Shown: positions 20,865-30,153 of the stretch, in pieces
How positions within the stretch are numbered: position 1 is the stretch's first letter
How the letters are laid out: each line of letters begins with the position of its first letter
DNA from: an uncultured Ignavibacteriales bacterium
GTDB taxonomy: Bacteria; Zixibacteria; MSB-5A5; GN15; FEB-12
Direction: 5' to 3'
Length of the DNA stretch: 64,000 bases
Assembly (NCBI GenBank): GCA_964526835.1
Contig: CAZGMK010000018.1
Coordinates: 278-64,277, forward strand
Made by a program: the position numbers and the translations under genes
The notes under the pieces: model-generated
Seen by the model: the letters and a program-made list of their open reading frames with translations, nothing else
Database searches by the model: none
What the model was told of the DNA's origin: nothing

Positions 20865-22949
20865 CTATTTCTCCGTTTTAGCTTCCTCGGCCGCGGTGAA
20901 GGCCGACCGGCTGAGAACTGCCAGTATGGTTATGCCGACCGCGAAAATGAAGGTCAGCCAGGGCCATCCTATTACTTGACGGGCCATCTCAAGCTTCCAC
21001 AGGATGAAGACAATGGCCACGATCAGTGTGAACATGACATAGAACTGCACGCGGCCGGTCTGCAGGTGTCGCAGGGCGCCGGCGAGGGCGCGGACCAGGA
21101 ACCCCGCGCCGTTCACCGCTCCGTCGACAATCCACTTGTCGATCCACTGCTTTAGGTCGGCCCACTTGATCGTCAGCCAAGCCGCGCCGTTGACCAGTCC
21201 GTCAATGAGGCCGGCGTCGAACTTCCACATCAGCGAGGCCAGACCCATGATCGGACGCAACAGGATTATCTCGTAGAGCTCGTCAAAGTACCACTTATTG
21301 TACAGGAAGTTGTAGATAGGACGGAAACGCTGACCCATCTTCACCGGATCAATAGCGCCCCGGTAGTACATCAGCCAGGCCACGACAATACCACTCACGG
21401 CGACGATCGTGCCGAGGATCATCAGGAAGTAGTGGGGATGGGCGTGATGCGGCTCGCCATGCCAGACAAACGAGGCGTAGTGCAGTTGGTGCGGCAGCCA
21501 CGGCAGCGCCCACCAGCCGGCGAAGACAGCCAGGACCGCCAGAAACACCAACGGATAGGTCATGGTCCTCGGAGACTCATGAGCCCCTTTGTATCTTTCC
21601 TCATTCCGCGGTGGGGCAAAGAAGGTGATGAAACACAAGCGGAACATGTAAAAGGCGGTCATGAAGGCTATCAGCAATGTACCGACCATGAACACCGGAT
21701 GACCCAGGGTGGCGGCTACGATTTCATCCTTCGACCAGAAGCCCGACAGCGGGAAAATGCCGGCAATCGAGAGCGACGCGATTACAAACGCCGGCGCCGT
21801 AAGCGGCATCTTCTTCCAAAGGCCGCCCATCTCGAAGATATCGTTGGAGTGAACCGCATGGATCACCGAACCGGCCCCGAGGAACAACAGACCCTTGAAG
21901 AAGGCGTGGGTCATCAGGTGAAGGGTTCCGGCGACATACCCGGCGGCGTGGGTGTGGCCATGGGCGTAATCGACACCATACAACCCGAGTGCCATGATCA
22001 TATAGCCGAGCTGGGAGCAGGTCGAATAGGCAAGGATCCGTTTGATATCCCTCTGCACCAGCGCGATCGTTGCGGCCATGAATGAAGTGGCCAGGCCGAT
22101 GATGGCGACCACATACGACGCCGTCGCCGAAGCTGCGAACATCGGCATCGCCTTGGCGACCAGGTACACACCCGCAGCAACCATGGTTGCCGCATGAATC
22201 AAGGCCGATACCGGGGTCGGGCCTTCCATGGCGTCAGGCAGCCACACATGCAGAGGCATCTGCGCCGACTTACCGACGGCGCCGCAGAAGATGAAAATCG
22301 CGGCCGCGGTCAGCGCCCACTCAGGAACCGCTCCGGCCTGAACCTGGTCGAAGACACCACCGTAATTGAAGGTCCCGGCGTAGTAAATGACCATGAACAA
22401 ACCGACCAGGAATCCGAGATCACCCACTCGAGTAGTCAGGAAGGCCTTCTTGCAGGCGTTGGCCGCACTTTGCTTTTCGAACCAGAAGCCGATCAGCAAG
22501 TACGAGGTCAGGCCGACCAACTCCCAGAAGATGAAGATCATGAAGAAGTTGTTGGCCAGCACCAGCCCCAGCATGCTGAACAAAAACAGCGACAGATATG
22601 CGAAAAATCGCGAAAAGCGCGGGTCACCGTGCATATAGCCGACCGAGTAGATCTCGACACAGGCGCCGACAGTAGTCACGACCACTAACATGACGGCGCA
22701 GACCGGATCAATGAGGATGCCGATCTCCGGCGCGAAACGAGGCAGGTCGACAAACCGATAGAACCACTCGTGGTAGTCGCCGTTGCGGCCCAGCGTCTCG
22801 ATCAGGACGATCACCGACATCAACCACGAGACCAGGATCATCGTAATCGAGAAGACCGCCGACAGCGTCTCCTTCCAGCGCAGGAAGAAGACAATCATGA
22901 TGAACGACAGAAGCGGCAGCAGCGCAATTATGTAGGCATGTTCGGTCAT
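20865..22949 (-). CDS. nuoL: NADH-quinone oxidoreductase subunit L
   Basis: 694 aa with HVWLPDAMEGPTPVSALIHAATMV (ND5-type) and a long C-terminal extension consistent with the lateral helix. Confidence 0.95.
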   Translation of the reverse strand: MTEHAYIIALLPLLSFIMIVFFLRWKETLSAVFSITMILVSWLMSVIVLIETLGRNGDYHEWFYRFVDLPRFAPEIGILIDPVCAVMLVVVTTVGACVEIYSVGYMHGDPRFSRFFAYLSLFLFSMLGLVLANNFFMIFIFWELVGLTSYLLIGFWFEKQSAANACKKAFLTTRVGDLGFLVGLFMVIYYAGTFNYGGVFDQVQAGAVPEWALTAAAIFIFCGAVGKSAQMPLHVWLPDAMEGPTPVSALIHAATMVAAGVYLVAKAMPMFAASATASYVVAIIGLATSFMAATIALVQRDIKRILAYSTCSQLGYMIMALGLYGVDYAHGHTHAAGYVAGTLHLMTHAFFKGLLFLGAGSVIHAVHSNDIFEMGGLWKKMPLTAPAFVIASLSIAGIFPLSGFWSKDEIVAATLGHPVFMVGTLLIAFMTAFYMFRLCFITFFAPPRNEERYKGAHESPRTMTYPLVFLAVLAVFAGWWALPWLPHQLHYASFVWHGEPHHAHPHYFLMILGTIVAVSGIVVAWLMYYRGAIDPVKMGQRFRPIYNFLYNKWYFDELYEIILLRPIMGLASLMWKFDAGLIDGLVNGAAWLTIKWADLKQWIDKWIVDGAVNGAGFLVRALAGALRHLQTGRVQFYVMFTLIVAIVFILWKLEMARQVIGWPWLTFIFAVGITILAVLSRSAFTAAEEAKTEK

Positions 22950-22953
22950 AGTT

Positions 22954-23253
22954 CTACCACTTCATCAGACTGATATTCTCGGTCTCGATGCCGCGCCAGC
23001 GGCGGTACAGTATCATCACAATGGCCAGTCCAACTACTGCTTCGGCTGCAGCCACGACCACCACGAAAACGGCGAACATCTGGCCGGTCATGGTCTCGGG
23101 GCCGATGTAGTAATTGAAGGTCACGAAATTGATGTTGGCGGCGTTGAACATCAGCTCCAGCGACATCAGGATACCGATAAGGTTGCGTCGAGTGATTACA
23201 CCGAACAGACCGGTCGCAAAAAGCACCGCCGCCAGGGCCAGATACCAGAACAT
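22954..23253 (-). CDS. nuoK: NADH-quinone oxidoreductase subunit K
   Basis: 99-aa, 3-TM ND4L-like protein in the position between nuoJ and nuoL. Confidence 0.9.
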   Translation of the reverse strand: MFWYLALAAVLFATGLFGVITRRNLIGILMSLELMFNAANINFVTFNYYIGPETMTGQMFAVFVVVVAAAEAVVGLAIVMILYRRWRGIETENISLMKW

Positions 23254-23771
23254 TATGGACGCTCCCTTCTGGCCAGTGCAATCGCACCGATGAGGGCCGC
23301 CAGCAACACCACGGACACCACTTCAAACGGCAACATATACTCGGTCATGAGGTATTTGCCGAGCGTAAGGACATTGTCGGGAAGGACCGGGTGGCGCGAA
23401 AACTGCCACACCGTCGTCTTGTAAAGCAAGAAGATAGCGCCGACCGCGAACATGCCGCAAGCGACAAAGGCCACGACTGCATTCTCGCTGGTCATGCGAA
23501 CTTTCTCTGAAGCCAGATTCGTGGTCAGCATCACGGCGAAAATGATCAGGACGGCCACGGCGCCAACATAGATCAGTACCTGGGCGGCGGCCAAAAACTC
23601 GGCGTGCAGGAGAATGTAGATCCCGGCCACTGAGAACAGGGCCATAATCAGGAACAGCGCGCAGTGGAAGATATTGCGAAGACTGACCACCATGAAACCA
23701 CTGATCATGGCTACTGCGGCCAGTATCCAGAATGCAATTCCACCTTCAGGAGCTGCCAGCACCTCGGTCAT
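23253..23771 (-). CDS. nuoJ: NADH-quinone oxidoreductase subunit J
   Basis: 172-aa ND6-like membrane protein. Overlaps nuoI by 4 nt and nuoK by 1 nt. Confidence 0.9.
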   Translation of the reverse strand: MTEVLAAPEGGIAFWILAAVAMISGFMVVSLRNIFHCALFLIMALFSVAGIYILLHAEFLAAAQVLIYVGAVAVLIIFAVMLTTNLASEKVRMTSENAVVAFVACGMFAVGAIFLLYKTTVWQFSRHPVLPDNVLTLGKYLMTEYMLPFEVVSVVLLAALIGAIALARRERP

Positions 23772-24502
23772 CCCTGGTCCTTCTTAGAGTCGTCCTGCGG
23801 ACTTGGCTTCTTACTCTCATTATCGCCGGCCTCCGGCTTGTCCTCGGCCTTCGACTTCTCGGCCTCGGACTCAGATCCAGCCGCCTTCGGCGGGCGCTCG
23901 GTCGTCTCGACTTTCGCTTCGGCGTCGGCTTTAGACCCATTCTTGTCGGCCTTCTTATCCTTAGCGTCTGCAGGCTCTGCTTCCTTGTCTCCCCTGGCCT
24001 CTTTCTTCTCGGCTCTGGCGGCGGTTTTAGGCCTGTCCGTCTTCTTCTTCCGGCGCGTATCCTCGTAGGGAACGTCGCGGCCTACCTCCTGCAGCTTGTC
24101 CTTGTCCCAGATGGTCTCGCCCCTGTCGAACACCGACCATTCGTACTTGGTGGCCAGCTTGATGGCGCTGAAGTTGCAGGCCTCCTCGCATAGGCCGCAG
24201 AAACAACACAGGCCCGTGTCGACCACAAACTTGTCGAGAATCTTGCCCTTGACTCCCTCTTCCTTGTGCCACTCGATCGTGATCGCGCTGGATGGGCAGG
24301 CCCGCTCGCAGAGCTGGCAGGAGGTGCAGTTCAGCTCGCCGGTTTCCTTGTCCGAAAGCAGCACGACAATCCCGCGGCTGCAGTCGAACATCTCCGCCCG
24401 CTCTTCGGGGTACTGCAACGTGACAGCGTGCCGGCCAAGGTGCTTGCCGGTTATGGACAGGCCTTTAATCAGATTCGCGAAGTCTTTGAATACACCCATC
24501 AC
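23768..24502 (-). CDS. nuoI: NADH-quinone oxidoreductase subunit I with a ~97-aa Lys/Glu/Ala/Asp-rich C-terminal tail
   Basis: Two 4Fe-4S motifs (CTSCQLCERACP and CCFCGLCEEACN). After about residue 148 the sequence becomes low complexity (RRKKKTDRPKTAARAEKKEARGDKEAEPADAKDKKADKNGSKADAEAK...). Confidence 0.9.
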   Translation of the reverse strand: MMGVFKDFANLIKGLSITGKHLGRHAVTLQYPEERAEMFDCSRGIVVLLSDKETGELNCTSCQLCERACPSSAITIEWHKEEGVKGKILDKFVVDTGLCCFCGLCEEACNFSAIKLATKYEWSVFDRGETIWDKDKLQEVGRDVPYEDTRRKKKTDRPKTAARAEKKEARGDKEAEPADAKDKKADKNGSKADAEAKVETTERPPKAAGSESEAEKSKAEDKPEAGDNESKKPSPQDDSKKDQG

Positions 24503-24505
24503 ACT

Positions 24506-25576
24506 CTACCAGTACCACCCGGCCCAGCGCAGGAAACCGGCCAGAACGAGGTTTGCGAAAGTCAGAGGAATCAGGAACTTCCACGAGAATCCCATCAACT
24601 GATCGACCCGCAGACGCGGAAAAGTCCATCGGAACAGCATCAGCAACAAAACCACCAAAAGCGTCTTGCCAAGGAACCAAACCCACGACGGCAGAAAGGG
24701 CCCATGCCAACCACCCAGGAAGAGCACCGTCGCAATAGCCGAAACCGTGAACATATTGACAAATTCGGCCAGGAAGAACATGGCGAACTTCATGCCCGAA
24801 TACTCTACGTTATATCCCGACACCAATTCCTGCTCGGCCTCGGGGATATCGAACGGCGTCCGGTTGGCCTCGGCGGTGGCGGCGACGATGTATGTCAGAA
24901 AGGCAATCGGCCCGAACGGCACGCGGAAAATGAACCAGTTCCATAACCAACCCTTCTGGGCCTCGACAATACTCACCAGCGATAGTGAACCGACGAAAAT
25001 CACAATCGCCAGCACCGAAACCGCCATCGGGACTTCGTAGCTGACCACCTGAGCCGCCGACCGCATCCCACCGAGCAGCGCATACTTGTTGTGTGATCCC
25101 CAGCCGGCCATCAGCAGAGAGATAACAGTCAGAGTCGTCACCGCCATGATGTACAGAATACCGATATTCAAATCCGCGACGATCAGGTTCTCGCCGAAGG
25201 GGATAGTCACATAGGCCAGAAACGCCGCGACGAAACACAGCACCGGCGCCCAGAAGAAGACCGCCTTGTCACGAATAGCTATGCGTATATCTTCTTTCTG
25301 GAGGAGCTTGAGGGCGTCCATGACAGTCTGGTACCAGCCGTGCCAGCCAACTCGCATAGGCCCGAAACGCTGCTGTATGTGGCCGGCGATCTTGCGCTCC
25401 CACCACACCAGAAACAGGGCCAGAAGCGACAACACGCCGAACATCATCGACGCCAGCAAACTGTACACCGCCACGTCGAGCCACGTACCCTTCAGACCGA
25501 TCGACTCGAGCAACTCGAAAAGCCAGCGAAACACGCCGTAGAGCTCACCCCAGGCTATGATCGGCGCGTCGATCAT
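24506..25576 (-). CDS. nuoH: NADH-quinone oxidoreductase subunit H
   Basis: 356-aa ND1-like protein with PFDIPEAEQELVSGYNVEYSG. Confidence 0.95.
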   Translation of the reverse strand: MIDAPIIAWGELYGVFRWLFELLESIGLKGTWLDVAVYSLLASMMFGVLSLLALFLVWWERKIAGHIQQRFGPMRVGWHGWYQTVMDALKLLQKEDIRIAIRDKAVFFWAPVLCFVAAFLAYVTIPFGENLIVADLNIGILYIMAVTTLTVISLLMAGWGSHNKYALLGGMRSAAQVVSYEVPMAVSVLAIVIFVGSLSLVSIVEAQKGWLWNWFIFRVPFGPIAFLTYIVAATAEANRTPFDIPEAEQELVSGYNVEYSGMKFAMFFLAEFVNMFTVSAIATVLFLGGWHGPFLPSWVWFLGKTLLVVLLLMLFRWTFPRLRVDQLMGFSWKFLIPLTFANLVLAGFLRWAGWYW

Positions 25577-26676
25577 CGATCCACCTCCGGCATGATGATA
25601 TCCATAGTCGCGAAGATCGCGACCAGGTCGGCGATGAGCACGCCTTTAACAATCTCCGGCAGGACCGCTAGATGATTGAAGGAACTGCCTCGGAGTTTAA
25701 CCCGCAGCGGCTTGTCGGTGCCATCGGAAATGACATGACAGCCCATCTCCCCTCGGGAGCTTTCCAGCCGGTTATATACCTGGCCCTCGGGGACTTTCAG
25801 GCGTGGCTTCATCTTGGCGGTGTAGTCGCCTTCGGGCAGGCCATCGAGCGCCTGGCGGACAATCCTGATCGACTCGCGGATTTCATCCAGACGCTGGATG
25901 TATCGATCGTAGGTATCGCCGTGGGATTGAGTCGGAATATTGAAATCGAACTTGTCATAAATCGAATAGGGATCGTTGCGACGAATATCGTAGTCAACCC
26001 CGGAGGCGCGAAGGACCGGGCCGGAACAGCCGTAAGCGATCGCCGTCTCGGCCGGCAGTATCCCGACATTTTTCGTACGGACCAGCCAGATGGGATTCTC
26101 GTTCAGAAGCCCCTCATAATCCTCAAGCTTACCCTCGATGATATCCATAGCCTCACGGCATTTGGCCTCGAAATCCGGCGGGATGTCGCGGCTGACGCCG
26201 CCGATACGAATGTAGTTATAGGTCAGGCGCTGGCCGCAGGTCATTTCGAACAAGTCGACTATCTTCTCCCGTTCGCGCAGGCCATAGAGAAACGGCGTGT
26301 ACGCTCCAATGTCCATTGCTGTGACGCCGTAGAAGAGCAAGTGCGAGGCGATACGGTTGAGCTCCACCATAATGACCCGCAAGTACTCGGCCCGTTCCGG
26401 TATCTCCAACTCCAGCAACTTCTCCACGGCCAGGGCATAAAGATGGTTGCAGGCCATTGACGTAACGTATTCGAAGCGGTCAGTGAGCGGGACTATCTGG
26501 TAATAGTTGCGGTTTTCGCAGATCTTCTCAATCGACCGGTGCAGGTATCCGATCACCGGCTCGACATCGACAATTTGCTCTCCATCCATGGTCAGGATCA
26601 GACGGCACACCCCGTGAGTAGAGGGGTGGTGCGGACCCATATTAACCTGGAATTCTTCGGTGCGAAGTTCCGCCAC
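25573..26676 (-). CDS. nuoD: NADH-quinone oxidoreductase subunit D
   Basis: 367 aa with the 49-kDa-subunit N-terminus (NMGPHHPSTHGV). Directly followed by nuoH with no nuoEFG in between. Confidence 0.95.
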   Translation of the reverse strand: MAELRTEEFQVNMGPHHPSTHGVCRLILTMDGEQIVDVEPVIGYLHRSIEKICENRNYYQIVPLTDRFEYVTSMACNHLYALAVEKLLELEIPERAEYLRVIMVELNRIASHLLFYGVTAMDIGAYTPFLYGLREREKIVDLFEMTCGQRLTYNYIRIGGVSRDIPPDFEAKCREAMDIIEGKLEDYEGLLNENPIWLVRTKNVGILPAETAIAYGCSGPVLRASGVDYDIRRNDPYSIYDKFDFNIPTQSHGDTYDRYIQRLDEIRESIRIVRQALDGLPEGDYTAKMKPRLKVPEGQVYNRLESSRGEMGCHVISDGTDKPLRVKLRGSSFNHLAVLPEIVKGVLIADLVAIFATMDIIMPEVDR

Positions 26677-26679
26677 GCT

Positions 26680-27150
26680 TCACTTCTCCGGCAGCCTTAC
26701 GAAGTCCTCGGCATCCCAGTCCTTGCGCATCGGGTGGCCCTGATCCCATTCATCGGGCAGCAGGAAACGCTTGAGGTTACCGTGGTTTTTCACATTAATA
26801 CCATACAGCTCCCAGACCTCGCGCTCGTGCCAGTTGGCCGCGGGCCACACAGTCTGGACTGACTCGATCTCAGGCGCCTCGCGATTCAGGGTCGTGATCA
26901 AATCAAGCCTGAGACCATTCACGGTCGAGGCCAGGTTGTAAACCATCTGGAACTGCTCGCCGGTGTCTATTCCGGTGATATTGCACAGGAAATCGAATTT
27001 CAGCGCCTGGTCGTCGCGGAGCATACGACAAACCTCCACGATCCTCTCCCGTTCAACGTCATACCAGAGATCGAATCTGCCACTCTCAAAGCGGCTGAGT
27101 TGTTCACCGTAATTGGCTTCGATGTGTTTGGCCAGCTCGTCCTTCGTCAC
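26680..27150 (-). CDS. nuoC: NADH-quinone oxidoreductase subunit C
   Basis: 156 aa with the 30-kDa-subunit motif ANWHEREVWELYGI. Confidence 0.9.
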   Translation of the reverse strand: MTKDELAKHIEANYGEQLSRFESGRFDLWYDVERERIVEVCRMLRDDQALKFDFLCNITGIDTGEQFQMVYNLASTVNGLRLDLITTLNREAPEIESVQTVWPAANWHEREVWELYGINVKNHGNLKRFLLPDEWDQGHPMRKDWDAEDFVRLPEK

Positions 27151-27153
27151 AGC

Positions 27154-27666
27154 TTATTTCTCGTGCCAGTCCGGCAGCTTCTGCGATTTGATCTTCTTCT
27201 GCAAATGGAGGCATCCCTCCAAAAGTGATTCCGGGCGCGGTGGACAGCCGGGTATGTAGACATCCACCGGCACGATATGATCGATGCCCTTCTCAACCGC
27301 ATAGCTGTCATAGTAGAAGGGTCCTCCGCTTATCGTGCACCCGCCCATCGCGATAACATAGCGCGGTTCGGCCATCTGATCGTAAAGTCGGCGCAACCGC
27401 GGGGCCATCTTCTTGGTGATCGTGCCGGCGGCAATAATCAGGTCCGCCTGGCGGGGAGTGGGGCGGAAGATCATGCCGAGGCGGTCGAAGTCATAGCGGG
27501 AGGCGCCGGTGCACATAAGCTCGATGGCGCAGCAGGCGGTCCCGAACAACAGGTACCACATCGAACAGGCTTGCGCATGGCTGAGCAGATCACTGAGTTT
27601 GGTGGCCGCAAAGCCACCGCCCGGGAATTTCTCGGCGTAGACCGGGAGTCGCTTGATTACACCCAC
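27154..27666 (-). CDS. nuoB: NADH-quinone oxidoreductase subunit B
   Basis: 170 aa with the N2-cluster cysteines ([27 protein letters not shown]). Confidence 0.95.
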   Translation of the reverse strand: MGVIKRLPVYAEKFPGGGFAATKLSDLLSHAQACSMWYLLFGTACCAIELMCTGASRYDFDRLGMIFRPTPRQADLIIAAGTITKKMAPRLRRLYDQMAEPRYVIAMGGCTISGGPFYYDSYAVEKGIDHIVPVDVYIPGCPPRPESLLEGCLHLQKKIKSQKLPDWHEK

Positions 27667-28010
27667 TTGAGCACCCCCTTCTTCCAGGCGTAGAACAACC
27701 CGAAAAAGAGAATGAGGATGAATATGACCATCTCGATCAGGGCAAAGAGCCCGAGTTGGCCGAAGGCCACGGCCCAGGGAAATAGAAAAATCGCCTCCAC
27801 ATCAAAGATAACGAAAATCAGGGCGAAGATATAGAATCGGTTGTGAAATTTGAACCAGGATGTACCAATAGGCAGTTCGGCGCACTCGTAGTTCAGGTTC
27901 TTTTCGGGGTAAGGATTGTGCGGCCGCATGATGCGGGCGATGAAGAAGGTCACCAGAACAATACCGGCGCCAACCAAGATGAACATCAGGACAGCTAAAT
28001 AGTGGCCCAT
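27657..28010 (-). CDS. nuoA: NADH-quinone oxidoreductase subunit A
   Basis: Track ORF (TTG at 28100) trimmed to the ATG at 28010 ([19 protein letters not shown]...), giving an ND3-like 117-aa protein. The extension would read through the promoter and palindrome region. Confidence 0.85.
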   Translation of the reverse strand: MGHYLAVLMFILVGAGIVLVTFFIARIMRPHNPYPEKNLNYECAELPIGTSWFKFHNRFYIFALIFVIFDVEAIFLFPWAVAFGQLGLFALIEMVIFILILFFGLFYAWKKGVLKWV

Positions 28011-28039
28011 GCGACGTTGCCTCTTGTTACAGGCCTGAC

Positions 28040-28061
28040 ACTTGTGACTTTCTTCACAAGT
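28040..28061. promoter_or_regulatory. CRP/FNR-family-type operator: perfect TGTGA-N6-TCACA (extended 8-bp arms ACTTGTGA/TCACAAGT)
   Basis: ACTTGTGActttctTCACAAGT, with the core at 28043-28058, lies 33 nt upstream of the nuoA ATG. Confidence 0.5.
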
Positions 28062-28071
28062 TACGAATGCC

Positions 28072-28100
28072 CAAATAAGATTCTTTGCCGTCAAAGTCAA
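28072..28100 (-). promoter_or_regulatory. possible nuo promoter (weak -10)
   Basis: On the minus strand, TTGACT (28100-28095), a 17-nt spacer and TATTTG (28077-28072). The -10 matches consensus at only 3 of 6 positions. Confidence 0.3.
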
Positions 28101-28341
28101 GCTGTTTTGTGGTTTTTTGGCCGGCCCGGGCTAAGGCGAACTCAGCAATGCGGTTAGGGCGAAAGCCGGCTGCCGCACTGCTGGCGGCTTGAAGATGAGC
28201 CTCGGTTCATTGGCGTTGGGGAGACAAGCCCCGCTGCTGCGCCGGAAAGTCCGTTTTTGCCCGCAGAGGGAGGCCTGGTGTCGCCCGACCAAAACGCTGA
28301 AGAGCTGGTCGGTCATTGACTGCAGCTGCGCACGGACTTGC

Positions 28342-28887
28342 TCAGAAGTCTAGCTCATGAAGCAGCAGCGAGTAGATGTATCCGTCGTGAAACGAGCCGT
28401 CATAGAAGTAGTGCTGACGCAAAGTCCCATCCTTGTGAAAGCCCAACCCCTTCAGTAACGCCACGGCACCGTCGTTGAAACCGGCCGTCTGAGCGTGGAC
28501 CTTGTTGAGGCCGCGATACCGGAAAAGATACCCGATCAGCACTTTCATGGCATCGCCGCCGAACCCCTTGCGTTGCTCATCCGGATCGATCAGCAGGCCA
28601 AGTTCGGCGCTTCGATTGAGGTTGTTGAGGTCGAAGAATCTTATCATGCCTACCGGCGTGTCATCCTTCTTTCGAACCACCGTGAAGGTCTGCGTTTTCT
28701 CTTTGGGGTCGGTGGACTTGAAGGCCTCAATCGCCTGGGCGGGGGTTCTCAGTATCCGCGGATGGCAGGTCGTGCTCTGCGGATCGCTCGCGAGTTGCCA
28801 TGCATGGATGCTCGAGAAATCCTCTGGGGTGGTGGGGCGCAGGTAGACCTTGCCGCCGATCAGGGGTTTCTGTGTCTTGACCGCCAT
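28342..28887 (-). CDS. GNAT family N-acetyltransferase (RimJ/RimL-like)
   Basis: 181 aa with an acetyl-CoA-binding-type motif (QRKGFGGDAMKVLIGYLF). Confidence 0.8.
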   Translation of the reverse strand: MAVKTQKPLIGGKVYLRPTTPEDFSSIHAWQLASDPQSTTCHPRILRTPAQAIEAFKSTDPKEKTQTFTVVRKKDDTPVGMIRFFDLNNLNRSAELGLLIDPDEQRKGFGGDAMKVLIGYLFRYRGLNKVHAQTAGFNDGAVALLKGLGFHKDGTLRQHYFYDGSFHDGYIYSLLLHELDF

Positions 28888-29016
28888 TGAAGTGCCTCGT
28901 GCTTCGGAGTTTCACCTTTGGCGGCAGGATAATTCGACCGACGTCAGCCGATCAACCATTTGTTGGCATCAGCGTTGACTATTGACACCGCAAGCCCGGT
29001 CCGGTTTACTGCGAGC

Positions 29017-29397
29017 ATGCGTAAACATGTTCTTCTTATCGCCGGTATGATCCTGCTTTACCTGATCCCCGCCCTGGCACTCCAGGCCGTCTACGGACCA
29101 TCATACGGTCTCTGGCAGGGCGAAGATCGCTGGGAGCCTGACGGCGACGGCGACTGGGTCAAGCGCGGCAACCCGGAGGGTCCGCCACCTGATGAGCCGA
29201 GTGTGTACATCCCCATCGGTTTGCTCTATATTCCGATCTTCTTGCCTACCCTCCTGCTGATTCTGTTCTTGTTCACGCCGCTGTCCCGCAAGCTGGAAAC
29301 GCCGACCGAGAAAGAGGCCCCGTCCGACGCAGATTCCGGGGCCCGGGCCGGGCCCGGTTCCGGTCTGGATGGCGATCAAAAGGAAGACCGCCCGTAA
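29017..29397 (+). CDS. hypothetical small membrane protein (two predicted TM segments)
   Basis: Track ORF (TTG at 28960) trimmed to the ATG at 29017 (MRKHVLLIAGMILLYLIPALALQA). A second hydrophobic segment is IPIGLLYIPIFLPTLLLILFLF. No homolog recognised. Confidence 0.45.
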   Translation: MRKHVLLIAGMILLYLIPALALQAVYGPSYGLWQGEDRWEPDGDGDWVKRGNPEGPPPDEPSVYIPIGLLYIPIFLPTLLLILFLFTPLSRKLETPTEKEAPSDADSGARAGPGSGLDGDQKEDRP

Positions 29398-29405
29398 AAG
29401 GGCGG
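29388..29405. terminator. short hairpin between convergent genes
   Basis: CCGCCC gtaaaa GGGCGG overlaps the stop codon at 29395-29397. The stem is only 6 bp and there is no U-tract. Confidence 0.25.
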
Positions 29406-29431
29406 CCTTCTCAAACGTGTAGCGGTTGTTG

Positions 29432-29947
29432 TCATCCCACCAGCTTCTTCAGGGTCTGCAGAGCATCACTGTAGTCGGGCTCATCGGTTGCTTCGGGAAC
29501 CAACTGAAAATAGGCGATCGTGTCATCGGCGTCGACAATTACCACTGCCCGGGCCAGCAAACGCAGTTCCTTGATCTGGAGGCCGTAAGCCTGGCCGAAG
29601 GACATCTCCCTATGATCGGAGAGTGTCTTCATGTTCTCAATGTTGTGTTCACCGCAGAAGCGTGCCTGTGCGAACGGCAGATCGGCCGAAACCGTGAAGC
29701 TCAGCACCCTGTCACCGAAGGCGCCCATCTCCTTGTTGAATTTGTCGGTCTGGGTGCTGCAAACCGGTGTGTCCAGCGACGGCACCACCGAGAAGAAGCG
29801 TACTCTTCCCGTCGAATCTGACAGGCGGACCGGCTTGAGCTCGTTGTCCAGCAATTCGAATTCCGGGGCCTTGTCACCGGTCTTCAATTCCGGGCCAACC
29901 AGGGTCATCGGGTTGCCCTTCATCTTCACCGCGTCTTTTCTCTCCAT
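29432..29947 (-). CDS. tpx: thiol peroxidase (Tpx-type peroxiredoxin)
   Basis: Trimmed to the Met at 29947. The peroxidatic Cys is in VVPSLDTPVCSTQ and the resolving Cys in ARFCGE. Confidence 0.9.
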   Translation of the reverse strand: MERKDAVKMKGNPMTLVGPELKTGDKAPEFELLDNELKPVRLSDSTGRVRFFSVVPSLDTPVCSTQTDKFNKEMGAFGDRVLSFTVSADLPFAQARFCGEHNIENMKTLSDHREMSFGQAYGLQIKELRLLARAVVIVDADDTIAYFQLVPEATDEPDYSDALQTLKKLVG

Positions 29948-30153
29948 AACATATCTCACTTTCCGCTTTGCTGTGCCATTCTCCGTAATTTCTGAGAATC
30001 TGAACACCGGCCCCTCCGAAAAGTTCGGCCAAAGTGGAAAAATGGACCATCGCAGGTGAACTTCCGGCCGGCTCCAAAATGCTTGGCGTCATCGTCGCCG
30101 CCGATTACCTTCCAGTTGGATGAATCGACAGGGTCAAAGCCAGGACAGCGCCG

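Noticed and set aside
23664-24193. Plus-strand ORFs of 134 aa and 153 aa rich in Leu/Ser/Arg/Gly
   Set aside because: They are mirror images of the low-complexity Lys/Glu/Ala tail of NuoI on the opposite strand, so they are compositional artefacts.
25672-26460. 262-aa plus-strand ORF
   Set aside because: It is antisense to nuoD.
28131-28316. 61-aa ORF between the GNAT gene and nuoA
   Set aside because: It has no Shine-Dalgarno, no motif and weak coding character, so it is probably non-coding spacer.
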